DNA from: Mobula hypostoma
Taxonomy: Eukaryota
NCBI RefSeq assembly: GCF_963921235.1
Contig: NC_086097.1
Coordinates: 211,670,001 to 211,734,000, forward strand
DNA: 64,000 nt
Direction: 5' to 3'
Shown here: piece after piece, positions 12,868-25,423 of the stretch
How positions within the stretch are numbered: position 1 is the first letter of the stretch
Layout of the letters: each line of letters begins with the position of its first letter
Translations under genes and position numbers: made by a program
Notes under the pieces: generated by a model
The model's database searches: none
The model's input: only the letters and a program-made list of their open reading frames with translations
Told to the model about the DNA's origin: nothing

Positions 12868-14495
12868 GATCTGACCCTGTCAAAGGCTTTCTGAAAATCC
12901 AAATCTATCATATCTATTGGTTGTCCTTAAGACCATAGGACATGGGAGCAGAATTAGGACACTCATCCCACCAAGTTTGCTCCACAACTCTATCAGAGAT
13001 GATTTATTATCCCTCTCAACCCCATTCTCGTGTCTTCTCCCTATAAGCTTTCACGCCCTGACTAAGCAAGAACTTATCAACCTCTGCTTTAAGTACACTC
13101 AGTGACTTGGCCTCTACTGCCATCCATGGCAATGAATTCCACAGATTCACCACTCTCTGGTAAAAGAAATTTCCCACCTGGGGAAAGGCAATACTGGATT
13201 GGGTGTTGTGTAATGAACCAAATTTAATTAGGGAGCTTGAAGTAAAGGCAGTGAATTGCAGAATTTACCTTGCAGTTTGAGAGGGAGAAGCTGAAGTCAG
13301 CTGTCTCAGTATTACAGTAGAGTGAAGGGAATTACAGAGGCCTGAGAGAGGAGCTGACAAAGGTAATTGGAATGGATACTATCAGGGAGGACAACAGAAC
13401 AGCAATGGCTGGAGTTTCTGGGGGGAATTCAAAAGGCCCAAAAATAGATAAATCCCAAAGCCGAAGAAGTATTCTAATGGCAGGATAACATAACTGTGGC
13501 TGACAAGGGAAGTCAGCGTCAACATAAAAGCAAAAGAGAGGGCATATAATATAGCAAAAAATAGTGGGATGTCAGAGGATTGGAAAGCTTTTAAAACCAC
13601 CAGAAGGCAACTTAAAAGAAACATAAGGAAAGAACAGATGAAATATCCAGGTAAGTTAGACAATAATATAAAAGAGGATATCACAGAAACATAGAAAACC
13701 CACAGCACAATACAATGGGGATAAGGCAGGAACTGGATACAGATTGTGGATGATCAGCCATGATCACAGTGAATGGTGTGCTGGCTCGAAGGGCTGAATG
13801 GCCTACTCCTACACCTATTGTCTATTGTCTATTGTCTAAGCCCTTCGGCCCGCAACGCTGTGCCGAACACGTACTTATTTTAGAAATTATCTCAGGTTAC
13901 TCATGACCTATTTTTCTAAGCTCCATGTACCTATCCAGGAGTCTCTTAAGAAACCCTATTGCATCTGCCTTCAACACCATCGCTGGCAGCCCATTCCACG
14001 CACTCACCACTCTCTGCATAAAAAAACTTACCCCTGACATCTCCTCTGTACCTACTTCCAAGCACCCTGAAACTGTGTCCTCTCGTATCAGCCATTTCAT
14101 CCCTGGGAAAAAGCATTTTCAAGTATCAAAAGTGTTTTTTCAGATATATAAAGAGTAAAAGAAAGGTGAAAGGCGAGAAATTATAGGCCAGTTAGCCTAA
14201 CTTCAGTGGTTGAAATTCAGTGGTCCTTTGTGGGGTACTTGGAGGCACATAATGCAATAGACCAAAGTCAACATGGTTTCCTTAAAAGGAAATCTTGCCT
14301 GAAAAATCTTTTGAAACTGTTTGAGGAAATTAACAGGCAGGATAGACAATGGTTAGTCAATGGATGTTATTTAATTGGATTTTCATGGGAGATCTCAATA
14401 TGCAGGTAAATTGGGAAAATCAAGATGGTATTAGATCCCAGCAGAGGGAATTTATGGAATGCCTATGAGATGGTGTTCAGAGCAGCTTGTAGTTG
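12868..14495. mobile_element. Cluster of nested CR1 fragments on both strands
   Basis: Minus-strand 3' ends at 12928-13175 and 13685-14112; a plus-strand tail at 13716-13837 ending (CTATTGT)n; plus-strand APE/RT scraps at 13176-13682 and 14175-14495. Confidence 0.8.
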
Positions 14496-14519
14496 GAACA
14501 GAAATATTTAATTAATTTA

Positions 14520-16170
14520 ATTATTTAGAGATTTCCTTCCTGGGTGCACTCCTATATGCTCTATGCTCCTTCAGGTATTCAGTTGACACCAGCCGCCTGT
14601 ACCTGGCCAGTGCCTCAATGTCCCTCATCATCCAAGATTCTTTTCTCCTGCCACCTTTGCCTTTCCTCTAACAGGAACATGCAGATCTAGAACTCTCACC
14701 TTTCAAAGGCTCCTACTTGCCTGTGCTCCCTTTTCCCACAAACAATCTACAACCTTCACAACCCCCAATTCAAAATTTGAACCTGTGGACCAGTTCCATA
14801 ACTATTATAAAATTGTACATAACAATTTCCATTCCAACTATCCCCTTAGCATATGGCTGTTCCAGGCTATGTTAGGAAATCTAAAATTCCCTACATTGAC
14901 AATCCTATTATTCTTGCAGCTCTGCAAATCTCTTTGTGTATTTGTTTTTCTAATTTCCATTGACTTTTCAGGAGCCTAATTCCAACAATGTAATCATCCC
15001 CTTCTTATTTCTCAGCTCCAAACATGAAGTCTCACTGGATGATCTTTCATTAATTTTGTATCTGACTCTCGCTGTGACATTCCCCTTGATAAAAATACAG
15101 CTCCTCCTCTCTTTCCTCTGCCTCTATCCTGCCGAAAGCATCTTTACCCGGAGCATTAAGCAACCAGTTCTGTCGCTCCCTTAGCTACGTTTCCATAATG
15201 GCTGTAATATCCCAGTCCCAAGTACCTATCTAAGCCCTAAATTCATCTGTTTTATCTGTCAGACCACTAGCATCGAAATAAATGCAATTTGATCCAATGA
15301 GCTTTCCTTGCTCCCAGCCATTCTGCCTGTCACATCCATTCAACTTGCTGTCACTGACTTCTGCATCAATTTTCAGCCTTTCACTTGTCTTTGTGATACT
15401 TGGGGTGCCACCCCTTGCCAATCTAGCTTAAACTCATTCTGGTAGCACTAGCAAGTCTGCCTGCCAGGTTACTAGTCCCCCTCCAGTTCAGCTGTAACCT
15501 ACCCCTCTTGTACAGATCATCTCTGCCCAAGAGGAGATCCCAGTGGTCCCAGAACTATGAATCCCTGCCTCCTATGCTAGGTGTTTCAGCCACACATTCA
15601 TATACTAATCCGGAGATTCCTATCCTGCTTTTTAATTTCTTTCCCAGCCCTCTATATTCATTCTGCAGCACCTCATCCCTTTCTCTATCTATGTTATTTG
15701 TGCCAATGTACACAATGACATCTGGTTGCTCACCCCTTCTCTTGAGAACATTCTGTAGCTACCTTATGATGTCTTGGTCCCAGGCACCAGGGAGGCAACA
15801 CACATTTTTGCAGCCACAGAATCTCTTGTCCACACCCTATCTAGTCCCTTGCCACTAAAGTTCTTTCTGTCTTCACCCTTCCCTGCTGAACCTCAGAGCC
15901 AGACCTGATGTCTCAGACCTGGCTACTGCTAACTTCACCTGAGCGGCGATTCCTCCCAACAGTATCCAAAATTCTATTCAATGGGAATGGTCACAGGGGA
16001 TCTCACAATATCTGCCTATTCCATTTTTCTTTCCTGGTGGTCACTCAATTTCTTTATGCCTATACCTAAGGTGCGACCACCTAATTAAAACTCATATCTA
16101 TGAAACTCTCGGTGCCTTAGATGACTCTGAGCATGTACAGTTCCAACTTCAGCCCTTTCACGTGGTCCGT
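14520..16170 (-). mobile_element. Heavily decayed CR1 5' half (ORF1 esterase and APE remnants)
   Basis: Reverse strand gives CIYFDASGLTDKTDEFRA (APE start) and WDLLLGRDDLYKRGRLQLN (SGNH esterase block V-like). Confidence 0.7.
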
Positions 16171-16965
16171 CGGGAGCAGCAGCCAAAGCCTCTTAAAAAC
16201 GGCACCCAAATACTAACCCACTCTCACAATGGCCACTCTGCTAGAGCACACTTTCCTTACGTTGCCAGACATGTCTCACAGTTAGTCGGTAAGGAATGCT
16301 TTTCCGAAAAGCTCTTATTAGCCCTATCTTTTAAGCTTCCCACAGCCTCTCCACCTCCTGTCCCTGAGGACCTTGAAATGATCACTGTAATGTCTCCACT
16401 TTAAGCTTCCCACTGGAACGTTATTAGAGCGTAGGTGATGGATAGTGACAGGAAAGACTGAAAGAGGTGTTAGGATGATGAAATAACCTTGCTCTTTACA
16501 CTAGTCTGTACAGATTGGATCAGACTGAAATACAAAGATAAGCATTGATATTCCTCCTTTCAACAACAGATTAATATGTCAAAATTCTCATTTTGGTGAA
16601 TTCTTTGGTATTTAGTGAGAATTGTGATTTATTGATGTATTTGTCAAGTAACTTTTCCCCTTTACGTATAGAGTTAATAATTAAGGGGACATCTCTGAAT
16701 CCCACCAAGATGAATACATTGAACTATGGCTAAAACAAAAAAAAACAGATTATTTGTTATGATCACATAAATGCATTGACCCTTCATTGAGAGGTCAGAG
16801 CCATTGCCATAGAAATGGGGGTACAGTGAGGATAGTTAGGCACAATGAGATAAGGGAATGGTGATCACATTAGCCAGACAAGGTTAGAGACTGCTTTTTA
16901 AGCAAAGAAAGTGGTTTCATGGCATTTATAACAGCATGCTTACAGACTATTGTGTGTCTGAATTG

Positions 16966-17072
16966 AACATAGAACATAGAACATGGAATAGTACAGCACA
17001 GTAAAAGGCCCTTCGGCCCACAATGTTGTGCCGACCCTCAAACCCTGCCTCCCATATAACCCCCCACCTTAA
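16966..17072 (-). mobile_element. CR1 3' tip
   Basis: (AACATAG)n tail followed by GGCCCTTCGGCCC hairpin. Confidence 0.8.
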
Positions 17073-17650
17073 ACTGAGCTGGAACTAAAACATTGTGCTA
17101 ACCACTGACAACCCATTAGCCATACATTATCGACCATGAGTACAGGTAATAGAGCCCATGAAAGGCTTTTAATTAAGATAAACATTGTGCAAATCCAGCA
17201 CAGATCATGAGACAATATTAAAGAAGAATAGAAAGCAGATGTAGGAAAATGTTGCATAATTTTAATTGACCACCAAAGTGGGTCAAAGTGGAGACCTAAG
17301 TCCAAAGCACTCAGACATCAGACCTGGTCTTGTACTTAACAGTGAAGTACGATGTACCTATTCTGATGAAGGATCTCTAATCAAAAACAAATCTTTGTGC
17401 ACAGATGTTACCTGATGTGCTGAATATTACCAGCATTTTCTGTTTATGTACGGTGCACCCATGTGGCACTAAGTAAATGAAACTGTGAATGAATTCCTTT
17501 GCTGGACTGTTATCCTTGTTAAATCACTCCTTTACACTTGCATCAGCAGAGACTTTATCTGCAGTCTGATCATGAGGAGTCACGTTGCACCTGACCTACT
17601 AGTTATATGATGGCCAAATGAACACACCACCCATTATTTGCCTCTAATTG

Positions 17651-18181
17651 GCCTTTAAAATAGAATTCAGTGAAACGAAGAACATGCTATTCATAACTAA
17701 TCCCATATGTTGACCCAAAGGAGCTTAATAGCCATGCAAAGAATGGATGCTGCTGAACAGAGCTGGGGCATTTTTTGAATTATGTAGAGGTCACAGGAGT
17801 GTTTATGCTGAGCTTTTCTATAGGTCTGATGAGATAAAGATAATGTTGTATATTCTCAATGATTGTCCCTCACCGAACTCAAAAACATTCAACCTAGCAA
17901 TGAAGAGGCTGTCACTTGGCAGTCATGTATTATGTGAATAAATAGATAACTTTCATTGCAGGTTTTACTACTGTAGTGAGCTGTATCTTAAATAACAATG
18001 CCTTTAAAATAGAATTCAGTGAAACGAAGAACATGCTATTCATAACTAATCCCATATGTTGACCCAAAGGAGCTTAATAGCCATGCAAAGAATGGATGCT
18101 GCTGAACAGAGCTGGGGCATTTTTTGAATTATGTAGAGGTCACAGGAGTGTTTATGCTGAGCTTTTCTATAGGTCTGATGA
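17651..18181 (+). repeat. Exact 182-bp direct duplication (17651-17832 = 18000-18181)
   Basis: Identical on base-by-base reading, separated by a 167-bp spacer. Confidence 0.95.
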
Positions 18182-18930
18182 CAGTAAAGGAAAGAGACAG
18201 AGAGCCTGGTGACATGGAGTCATGAAGCAACCTTTTCCTCACTGTCAGCAAAACGAAAGTGATGGTCATTGAACTTTAGGAAGGGGGTCAGTGGATATAT
18301 TCCTGTTTACATCAATGGTGCTGAGGTCCAGAGGGTTGAAAGTTTCAATTCCCAGGAGTGAATATCATTAATAACCTGTCCTGCTCTGAACATGTATATG
18401 CCAAAGACAAGAAAGCTCACCAGTAGCTCCACTTCCTAAGGAGGCTAAAGAAAGTTGATATGTCCTCTCTGTCCCTCACCTAATTTCATTGGTACCCCAT
18501 TAAAAACAGCATCACAGCAACTGTTCTGCCCATGACTACAAGGGACGACAGAGATTCATGGTCGCAGCTCAGCAAGTGACTGAAACCAATCTCCCTTCAA
18601 TGAACTCTATCTACATTTCTTGCTGCCGTGTTAAAGGAGCCAGTATGATCAAAGGCCTCAGCCCACCCAGTCTTTCTTTCTTCTCCCCCTTCTCACTGGG
18701 CAGAATATATAAATGCCCGAGAGCATGTACCACCAGGCTCAAAGACAGATTCTACTTCAGTGTTATGACTGCTGATTGGTTCCTTGGTATGATAAAAATG
18801 GACTAGTGATTTGACAATCTACCTTGTAATGATCTTGTGCCTTTTTGTCTACCTGCACTGCATTTTCTCTGTGACTGTATCTCTTTATTCTACACTATGT
18901 TATTGTTTTACTTTGTAGTACCTCGAAGGA
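17968..18930 (+). mobile_element. Old Rex1/Babar-like 3' fragment
   Basis: Degenerate ESLVTW..SKTK, HFLRRLKK and SPFSLGRIY..TTRLKDRFY motifs. Interrupted by the duplicated block. Confidence 0.7.
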
Positions 18931-19139
18931 CTGCTATAATAATATATCTAAGAGTATATCTCATCTGCCTTTGTTGTGACCAAACCAATTACTGCTGAAA
19001 TTCTGCTCCATATATCCACTCTACTTCCTCATTTATTCAAATAAAAAGAGTTACGTAACCTTAATAGGATGAAAAATCAATCAGGCAGATGGCACAAAGG
19101 TTAATGCTAAAGCAGGGAACATATGTTTGAACCTTTAGA

Positions 19140-19620
19140 AAACTCAAGGTTAGGCCTTAACTGAGGAATTGGTTCCAACTCTAGAATCCATAATTTATAA
19201 AGGTGACAAGCATTTGGAGATGGTACAAAACAAATCTATTGGAATAGAGAAACTGCCTCATTTTCCCTAAAGTGGAGAAAGTTAAGTGATATTTAATAAA
19301 ATTGTTCAAAAGTATAAAGGAGCTTTGCTAAAGTAAATGTTTCTACTGGCAGAAAGGTTAATAACGAAAGGCACAGATTTTAGATAACTGGCAATGAAAG
19401 AAGAAGATATGGGGGAATGATTTTTCACGGTGAGTTGTTATGGTCTGGGTTATAGTGCCTGAAGGCTGGTTCAGGCAGATTCAATGGCAGCATTCAAAGA
19501 GCAACTATCATAAATACTTTAAAGGGAAAAATGTATAGGGCTAAGGGCAAAGAACAACCAGTGAGATTGATTAAAGAGTTAGTTCTTCTTACTGCTGGCA
19601 TAGATGCAATCAGCTGTATG
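19140..19620 (+). mobile_element. Very old CR1 3' fragment
   Basis: Degenerate remnants of the LVRP.LEY, RGHRF and FF..RVV segments. Confidence 0.5.
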
Positions 19621-19692
19621 TGCTCCATCAATGAAAACAAACAAAAAAAAGCAGTATCTGCCCCGTGCTAAGTTAGGTTCTGTCTCCACACT

Positions 19693-19921
19693 TGTTATGT
19701 TTTGTAACTCCAAAAACTAACTGAAGAAAAGACACGGGAGCCCAGGGAAACGTATTAAAACGTATTAAAAAAGTAGTTTACTTTTTTTAGTGAGGTGCTC
19801 ACATATGACATGGTGAGGTAATAACATATGCCGTTCACATATAACATCTAAGTAAAGAAATAATGCTTAATCAAACAATATATTCACAATATTATTCAAA
19901 TATTACTGAATACACACTACA
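19693..19921 (-). repeat. 3' LTR of the Mag-like Gypsy
   Basis: TGTTAT...ACTACA, homologous to 31183-31417, adjacent to the PPT. Confidence 0.9.
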
Positions 19922-20726
19922 TTTCCCCCTGCTTTGCTACAAACTCCAACTCAAATATATAATGCATTGTTCACTAGTCTGTGTATATATATATATCGCT
20001 AGTCTATATATGTAGCAGTTGTCCATTGTTTCCAACAATAATACTACTACTATATAGACATCCACAGCAAAATAAATTTTAAATTGTCCCATTCAGGCCT
20101 GAAGATTTAATTGCTGTGGAGCATTTCTTGCTCTAGTGGGATAACATCTTTCCTGACCAGGTTTGGGGGGCTGTCGCTCTGCTTGGCAGGTGAGTCTTCT
20201 GGCTAGGTAACAATCACAGGTTCTGGTGCCTTCTCCGTGCTGGTTGTAGGAGTTGACACTACAATTGTAAGAAGTGGTTCTAACAGTTCTGGACGTGTTG
20301 GCAACCCGAACAGTACACGGCAGGCCGCTCAATCTGCTGATCTGTTCCAGGCCACCAGACAAAGCTTCAAGACAATGCTTTCATTTTAAACATGCCTAGA
20401 TGACCGGCATGTAGCTCCTCCAACACTTAGATCTCAGCCTGGATGGTACAACAACTCTCAATCCCTACATAAGGCAACCCCCGTCAAGGACAAGTTCATC
20501 CCAGCACTAGTGAAAACGGAGGAACTGGAATTTCTGCTGCACATTCCAGCCATTTTGGGTTGCCACAAAGACCTAAGAGAGTGGGGGTTTCCCTTCAGTT
20601 CATCTCTGCCGTAATAGGGAGACCTACAATTTGCAGAATATGTCAAGAGGAGTCCTTTTTTGTGACGTTTTTGTGTATTACCTTTTCCATGAGTAAACAG
20701 GTCAACCCATCTGCATTTCCATGATA

Positions 20727-22312
20727 CCGGATGGTGTCAGTACCAGGGTGCTCAAAGTCTGTGCCCCTCAGCTATATGGAGTACTTCACCATGTATTCAG
20801 CCTGAGCCTGAGGCTCCGGAGGGTTCCTGTACTGTGGAAGACGTCCGGCCTCGTCCCTGTGCCGAAGACGCCGTGCCCCAGCAGCCTCAATGACTACAGA
20901 CCGGTGGCATTGACCTCCCACATCATGAAGACCCTGGAGATACTTGATCTGGAGCTGCTCCGGCCTATGGTCAGGCCACACTTAGATCCCCTCCAGTTCG
21001 CCTACCAGCCTCGTCTAGGAGTTGAGGATACCATCGTCTACCTGCGGAACTGTGTCTACGCCCACCTGGCCAAGCCAGCGAGCATTGTGAGGGTCATGTT
21101 TTTTGACTTCTCCAGTGCGTTCAACACTACCCGTCCTGCTCTGCTGGGGGAGAAGCTGACAGCGATGCAGGTGGATGCTTCCCTGGTGTCATGGATTCTA
21201 GATTACCTGACTGGCAGACCACAGTACGTGTGCTTGCAACACTGTGTGTCCGACAGAGTGATCAGCAGCACTGGGGCTCCACAGGGGACTGTCTTGTCTC
21301 CCTTTCTCTTCACCATTTACACCTCGGACTTCAACTACTGCACAGAGTCTTGTCATCTTCAGAAGTTTTCGGATGACTCAACCATAGTTGGATGCATCAG
21401 CAAGGGAGATGAGGCTGAGTACAGGGCTACGATAGGAAACTTTGTCACATGGTGTGAGCAGAATTATCTGCAGCTTAATGTGAAAAAGGCTAAGGAGCTA
21501 GTGATAGACCTGAGGAGAGCTAAGGTACCGGTGACCACTGTTTCCATCCAGGGAGTCAGTATGGACATGGTGGAGGATTACAAATACCTGGGGATACGAA
21601 TTGACAATAAACTGGACTGGTCTAAGAACACTGAGGCTGTCTACAAGAAGGGTCAGAGCCATCTCTATTTCCTGAGGAGACTGAGGTCCTTTAACATCTG
21701 CCGGACGATGCTGAGGATGTTCTATGAGTCTGTGGTGGCCAGTGCGATCATATTTGCTGTTGTGTGCTGAGGCAGCAGGCTGAGGGTAGCAGACACCAAC
21801 AGAATCAACAAACTCATTCGTAAGGCCAGTGATGTCGTGGGGATGGAACTGGACTCTCTCACGGTGGTGTCTGAAAAGAGGATGCTGTCTAAGTTGCATG
21901 CCATCTTGGTCAATGTCTCCCATCCACTACATAATGTAATGGGTGGGCACAGGAGTACATTCAGCCAAAGACTCATTCCACCGAGATGCAGCACAGAGCA
22001 TCATAGGAAGTCATTCCTGCCTGTGGCCATCAAACTTTACAACTCCTCCCTTGGAGGGACAGACACCCTGAGCCGATAGGCTGGTCCTGGACATTTCATG
22101 ATTGACTGGCATAATTTACATATTACTATTTAACTATTTATTACTATTTTCTATTAGTGTTCTATTACTATTTATTATTTCCATGACTATTACTATTTAC
22201 TATTTACTAATAGTAATATTACTATTACTATTACTCTTTATTATTTATGGTGCAACTGTAACGAAAACCAATTTCCCCTGGGATCAATAAAGTATGACTA
22301 TGACTATGACTA
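20727..22312 (+). mobile_element. Rex1/Babar LINE, 5'-truncated, nested in Gypsy pol
   Basis: RT ORF 20721-21770 (LNDYRPVALTS, FFDFSSAFNT, GAPQGTVLSP, FSDD), C-terminus 21837-22079, then AATAAA and (GACTAT)n tail. Confidence 0.95.
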
Positions 22313-22889
22313 CAAGTTGTCCGCTTGAATTCAAATTTGTAATTAAGTCCCCTGAGAAACAGAGCCCATCTCTGCATTGATGCTGCGGCTGTTAATAGTG
22401 GAACAGCCTTCTGAGGATTGAAAATAGGCATTAATGGTTGATGATCAGTAATGACAGTAAACTCTTTCCCGTACAAGTACTGGTTGAGATGCTTCACACC
22501 ACAAACCAGACTCAAGGCCCCTCTGTCAATCTGTGCATAATTTTTCTCCGCAGCGGTAAAGGAACATGATGCAAATGCTGTAGGGCCTTCACTGCCATCA
22601 CTCAGAACGTGTGACATGACTGCACCTGTACCATAAGGCGAGGTGTCACAGGTAAACGTCACTGGACGATGTGGATTATAATGTGTGAGTACAGTACCTG
22701 GCATCAGCATTTCCATTGTCTTCTAGAAATCCACCTCACGCTGCGCTGCTTCGTCCATTGCCATTTCTTCCCAACTCGGAGTAATGAGTTCAAGGGGTGG
22801 AGCACAGTTGTGTAGATCTTGTGTCTCAATAGTGTGACCATGGTAAGTAATGTTTGATTTAAAGAATTCACACTTGTTGTGTCATGCTC

Positions 22890-22940
22890 GAAGGGCCGAA
22901 TGGCCTACCCCACGTCTATTTTCTATGTTTCTATGTTTCT
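22890..22940 (+). mobile_element. CR1 3' tip of about 50 bp
   Basis: GAAGGGCCGAATGGCC + (TTTCTATG)n, flanked by an ATGCTC duplication (22884-22889, 22941-22946). Confidence 0.85.
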
Positions 22941-23763
22941 ATGCTCTGAGCCAATAATCTTCGAATCTTTTTAACATTGTCTTGAGGTTTTGGAGATGTT
23001 CCTTGTCACCCTTACCAGTAACAATGGTGTAATCCAGGTAACACTGAGTGCCTGGACAGTCCTGCAGCACCTGGTTCATAACTTTCTACATGAGTGCAGC
23101 TACAGATGCAGGTACCACTCCAAAAATTAGCCTATTATAGTGAAAAAGCCTTTAGTGAATGTTTATGTTGATGAACACTTCGGTCTCTTCTCCATCTCCG
23201 TCTGTAGGTAGGCCGCAGCTAAGTCCTCTTTGCCGAAGTGTTTCCCTTCATAAAGGTTTGTAAAGATATCCTCTATCCTGGGCAGTGGATATTGATCAAC
23301 TTTCAGTATGGTGACCTTAAAATCACCACAGATCCTGAGAGACACAAACTTCTTGGCTACTGGGACCAATGGTGTTGCCCATGGGCTCCACCCAACTGTG
23401 GAAAGAATTCCTTCGACCTCCATGCAACCCAGCACACAGGGTATTTATCTTGAATGGTACAATCGGAACTGGAGAGGCTTTGTATAACTTGGATGTGGCA
23501 TTTTCATTTAGTATCATTTTACCCTTATTTAAGTTTACCAACGCCATTGTTTAACATCATCCAGAACCCTTCTTAATTCACTTTCAGTTGACTCTATTGC
23601 AGGAGATGTACCATGCAAATGACGGATGGATCTCCAATCACGTCGTAGTTTTCTCAGGCAATCACTGACCCACAGTGTTAGCTCTCCTGTTTTTACCAAA
23701 TATAAGCCCAGTGTGGCTTGTTGCTTATTGTATTGTATTGTTACAGATGTCATTTCCACAGGA

Positions 23764-24668
23764 AACATAGAAACATAGAAACCCTACAGCACAATTCATG
23801 CCCTTCGGCCCACAACGTTGTGCCAAACATGTCCTTACCTCAGAAATTACCTAGGGTTAACCACAGCCATCTACTTTTCTGAGCTCCATGTACCTGCCCA
23901 GGAGTCTCTTGAAAGAACCTATCAGATCTGCCTCCACCACCGTTGCCAGCAGCCCATTCCACGCACTCACCACTCTCTGCGTAAAAAACTTACCCCTGAC
24001 ATCTCCTCTGTACCTACTTCCAAGCATCTTAAAACTACGCCCTCTTGTGCTAGCCATTTCAGCCCTGGGAAAAAGCCTCTGACTATCCACACGATCAATG
24101 CCTCTCATCATCTTATACACCTCTGTCAGGTCACCTCTCATCCTCCGTCGCTCCAAGGAAAGAAAGCCGAATTCACTCAACCTATTCTCATAAGGCATGC
24201 TCCCCAATCCAGGCAACATCCTTGTAAATCTCCTCTGCACCCTTTCTATGGTTTCCACATCCTTCCTGTAGTGAGGCGGCCAGAACCGAGCACAGTACTC
24301 CAAGTGGGGTCTGACCAGGGTCCTATATAGCTGCAACATTACCTCTCGGCTCTTGAACTCAATCGCACAATTGATGAAGTCCAATGCATCACATGGTTTC
24401 TTAACCACAGAGTCAACCTGTGCAGCAACTTTGTGTCCTATAGACTCAGACCCCAATATCCCTCTGATTCTCCACACTGCCAAGAGTCTTACCATTAATA
24501 CTATATTCTGCCATCATATTTGACCTACCAAAATGAACCACCTCTCACTTATCTGGGTTGAACTCCATTTGCCACTTCTCAGCCCAGTTTTGCATCCTAT
24601 CAATGTCCCGCTGTAACCCCTGACAGTGCTCCACACTATCCTCAACACCTCCCACATTTGTGTCATCT
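23764..24668 (-). mobile_element. CR1 3' fragment nested in the Gypsy
   Basis: ORF 23857-24495 (LVRPHLEYC..RVQRRFTRMLPG) and (AAACATAG)n tail. Confidence 0.93.
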
Positions 24669-25423
24669 GGAGTTATCTTTTCTCCAGTATAAGTTCTTAG
24701 TTAGATATCCGCAGTCTTCAGTTTGGTATATTTGAAATGCCACTCAAATTCATTTTGTGGAATGACTGAAACAGCTGAGACAGTGTCAATTTCCATTTTA
24801 ATTAATTTGCCATTCACTTCTGTTGTAAACCATATTGTTTGTCTCTTGTTAGTTTTCACATTGTAACTCCTAAGGCTATGCAGTCCTGTGTCACACTCAT
24901 CATTCTCAGATTTTTCATCAAGAGCATGCAAGTTACTGCTCATTTTGAAACTGTAACTGGATTTTTTTCTCCCTTCCCTGTGCAGTCCATTTATTTTTGA
25001 AGCGGTTATTTTTGTCTTCAGTTAGGAGCTGTTTTTGTTTTTGAAGCTTTTTTTGTAAGATTCCACAAACTAAACTATCTCTCAATGCATCGTTACCAGG
25101 GGTGCAGTGCTGCTGGAGCTCACCGGAGCGCCGCTCCGGAACCTCTGTAAAAAAAAGGTAAAAAAAACAAGCGGGGAATTTAACAGCGGCCGCTTATTAA
25201 ATAGAGGGAATTTTATGGAAGCGGGGGTAGGGGAGAGGGGGCAGTGGCTGGTGGGGAAAATACCACTAATGACATTAGGATATTTGATCGTTTTTGGTGA
25301 AATCCTGGAGCTGTGACTGTTTTGTGAAATTCCTCCTCGCTCGACCCGTTGTCCCAGCATAGCCTGCTGCAGCCTCCCACCATTTCACAGATCCTCAGTC
25401 TCTCTCCAGCACTTGTTGTTTGA

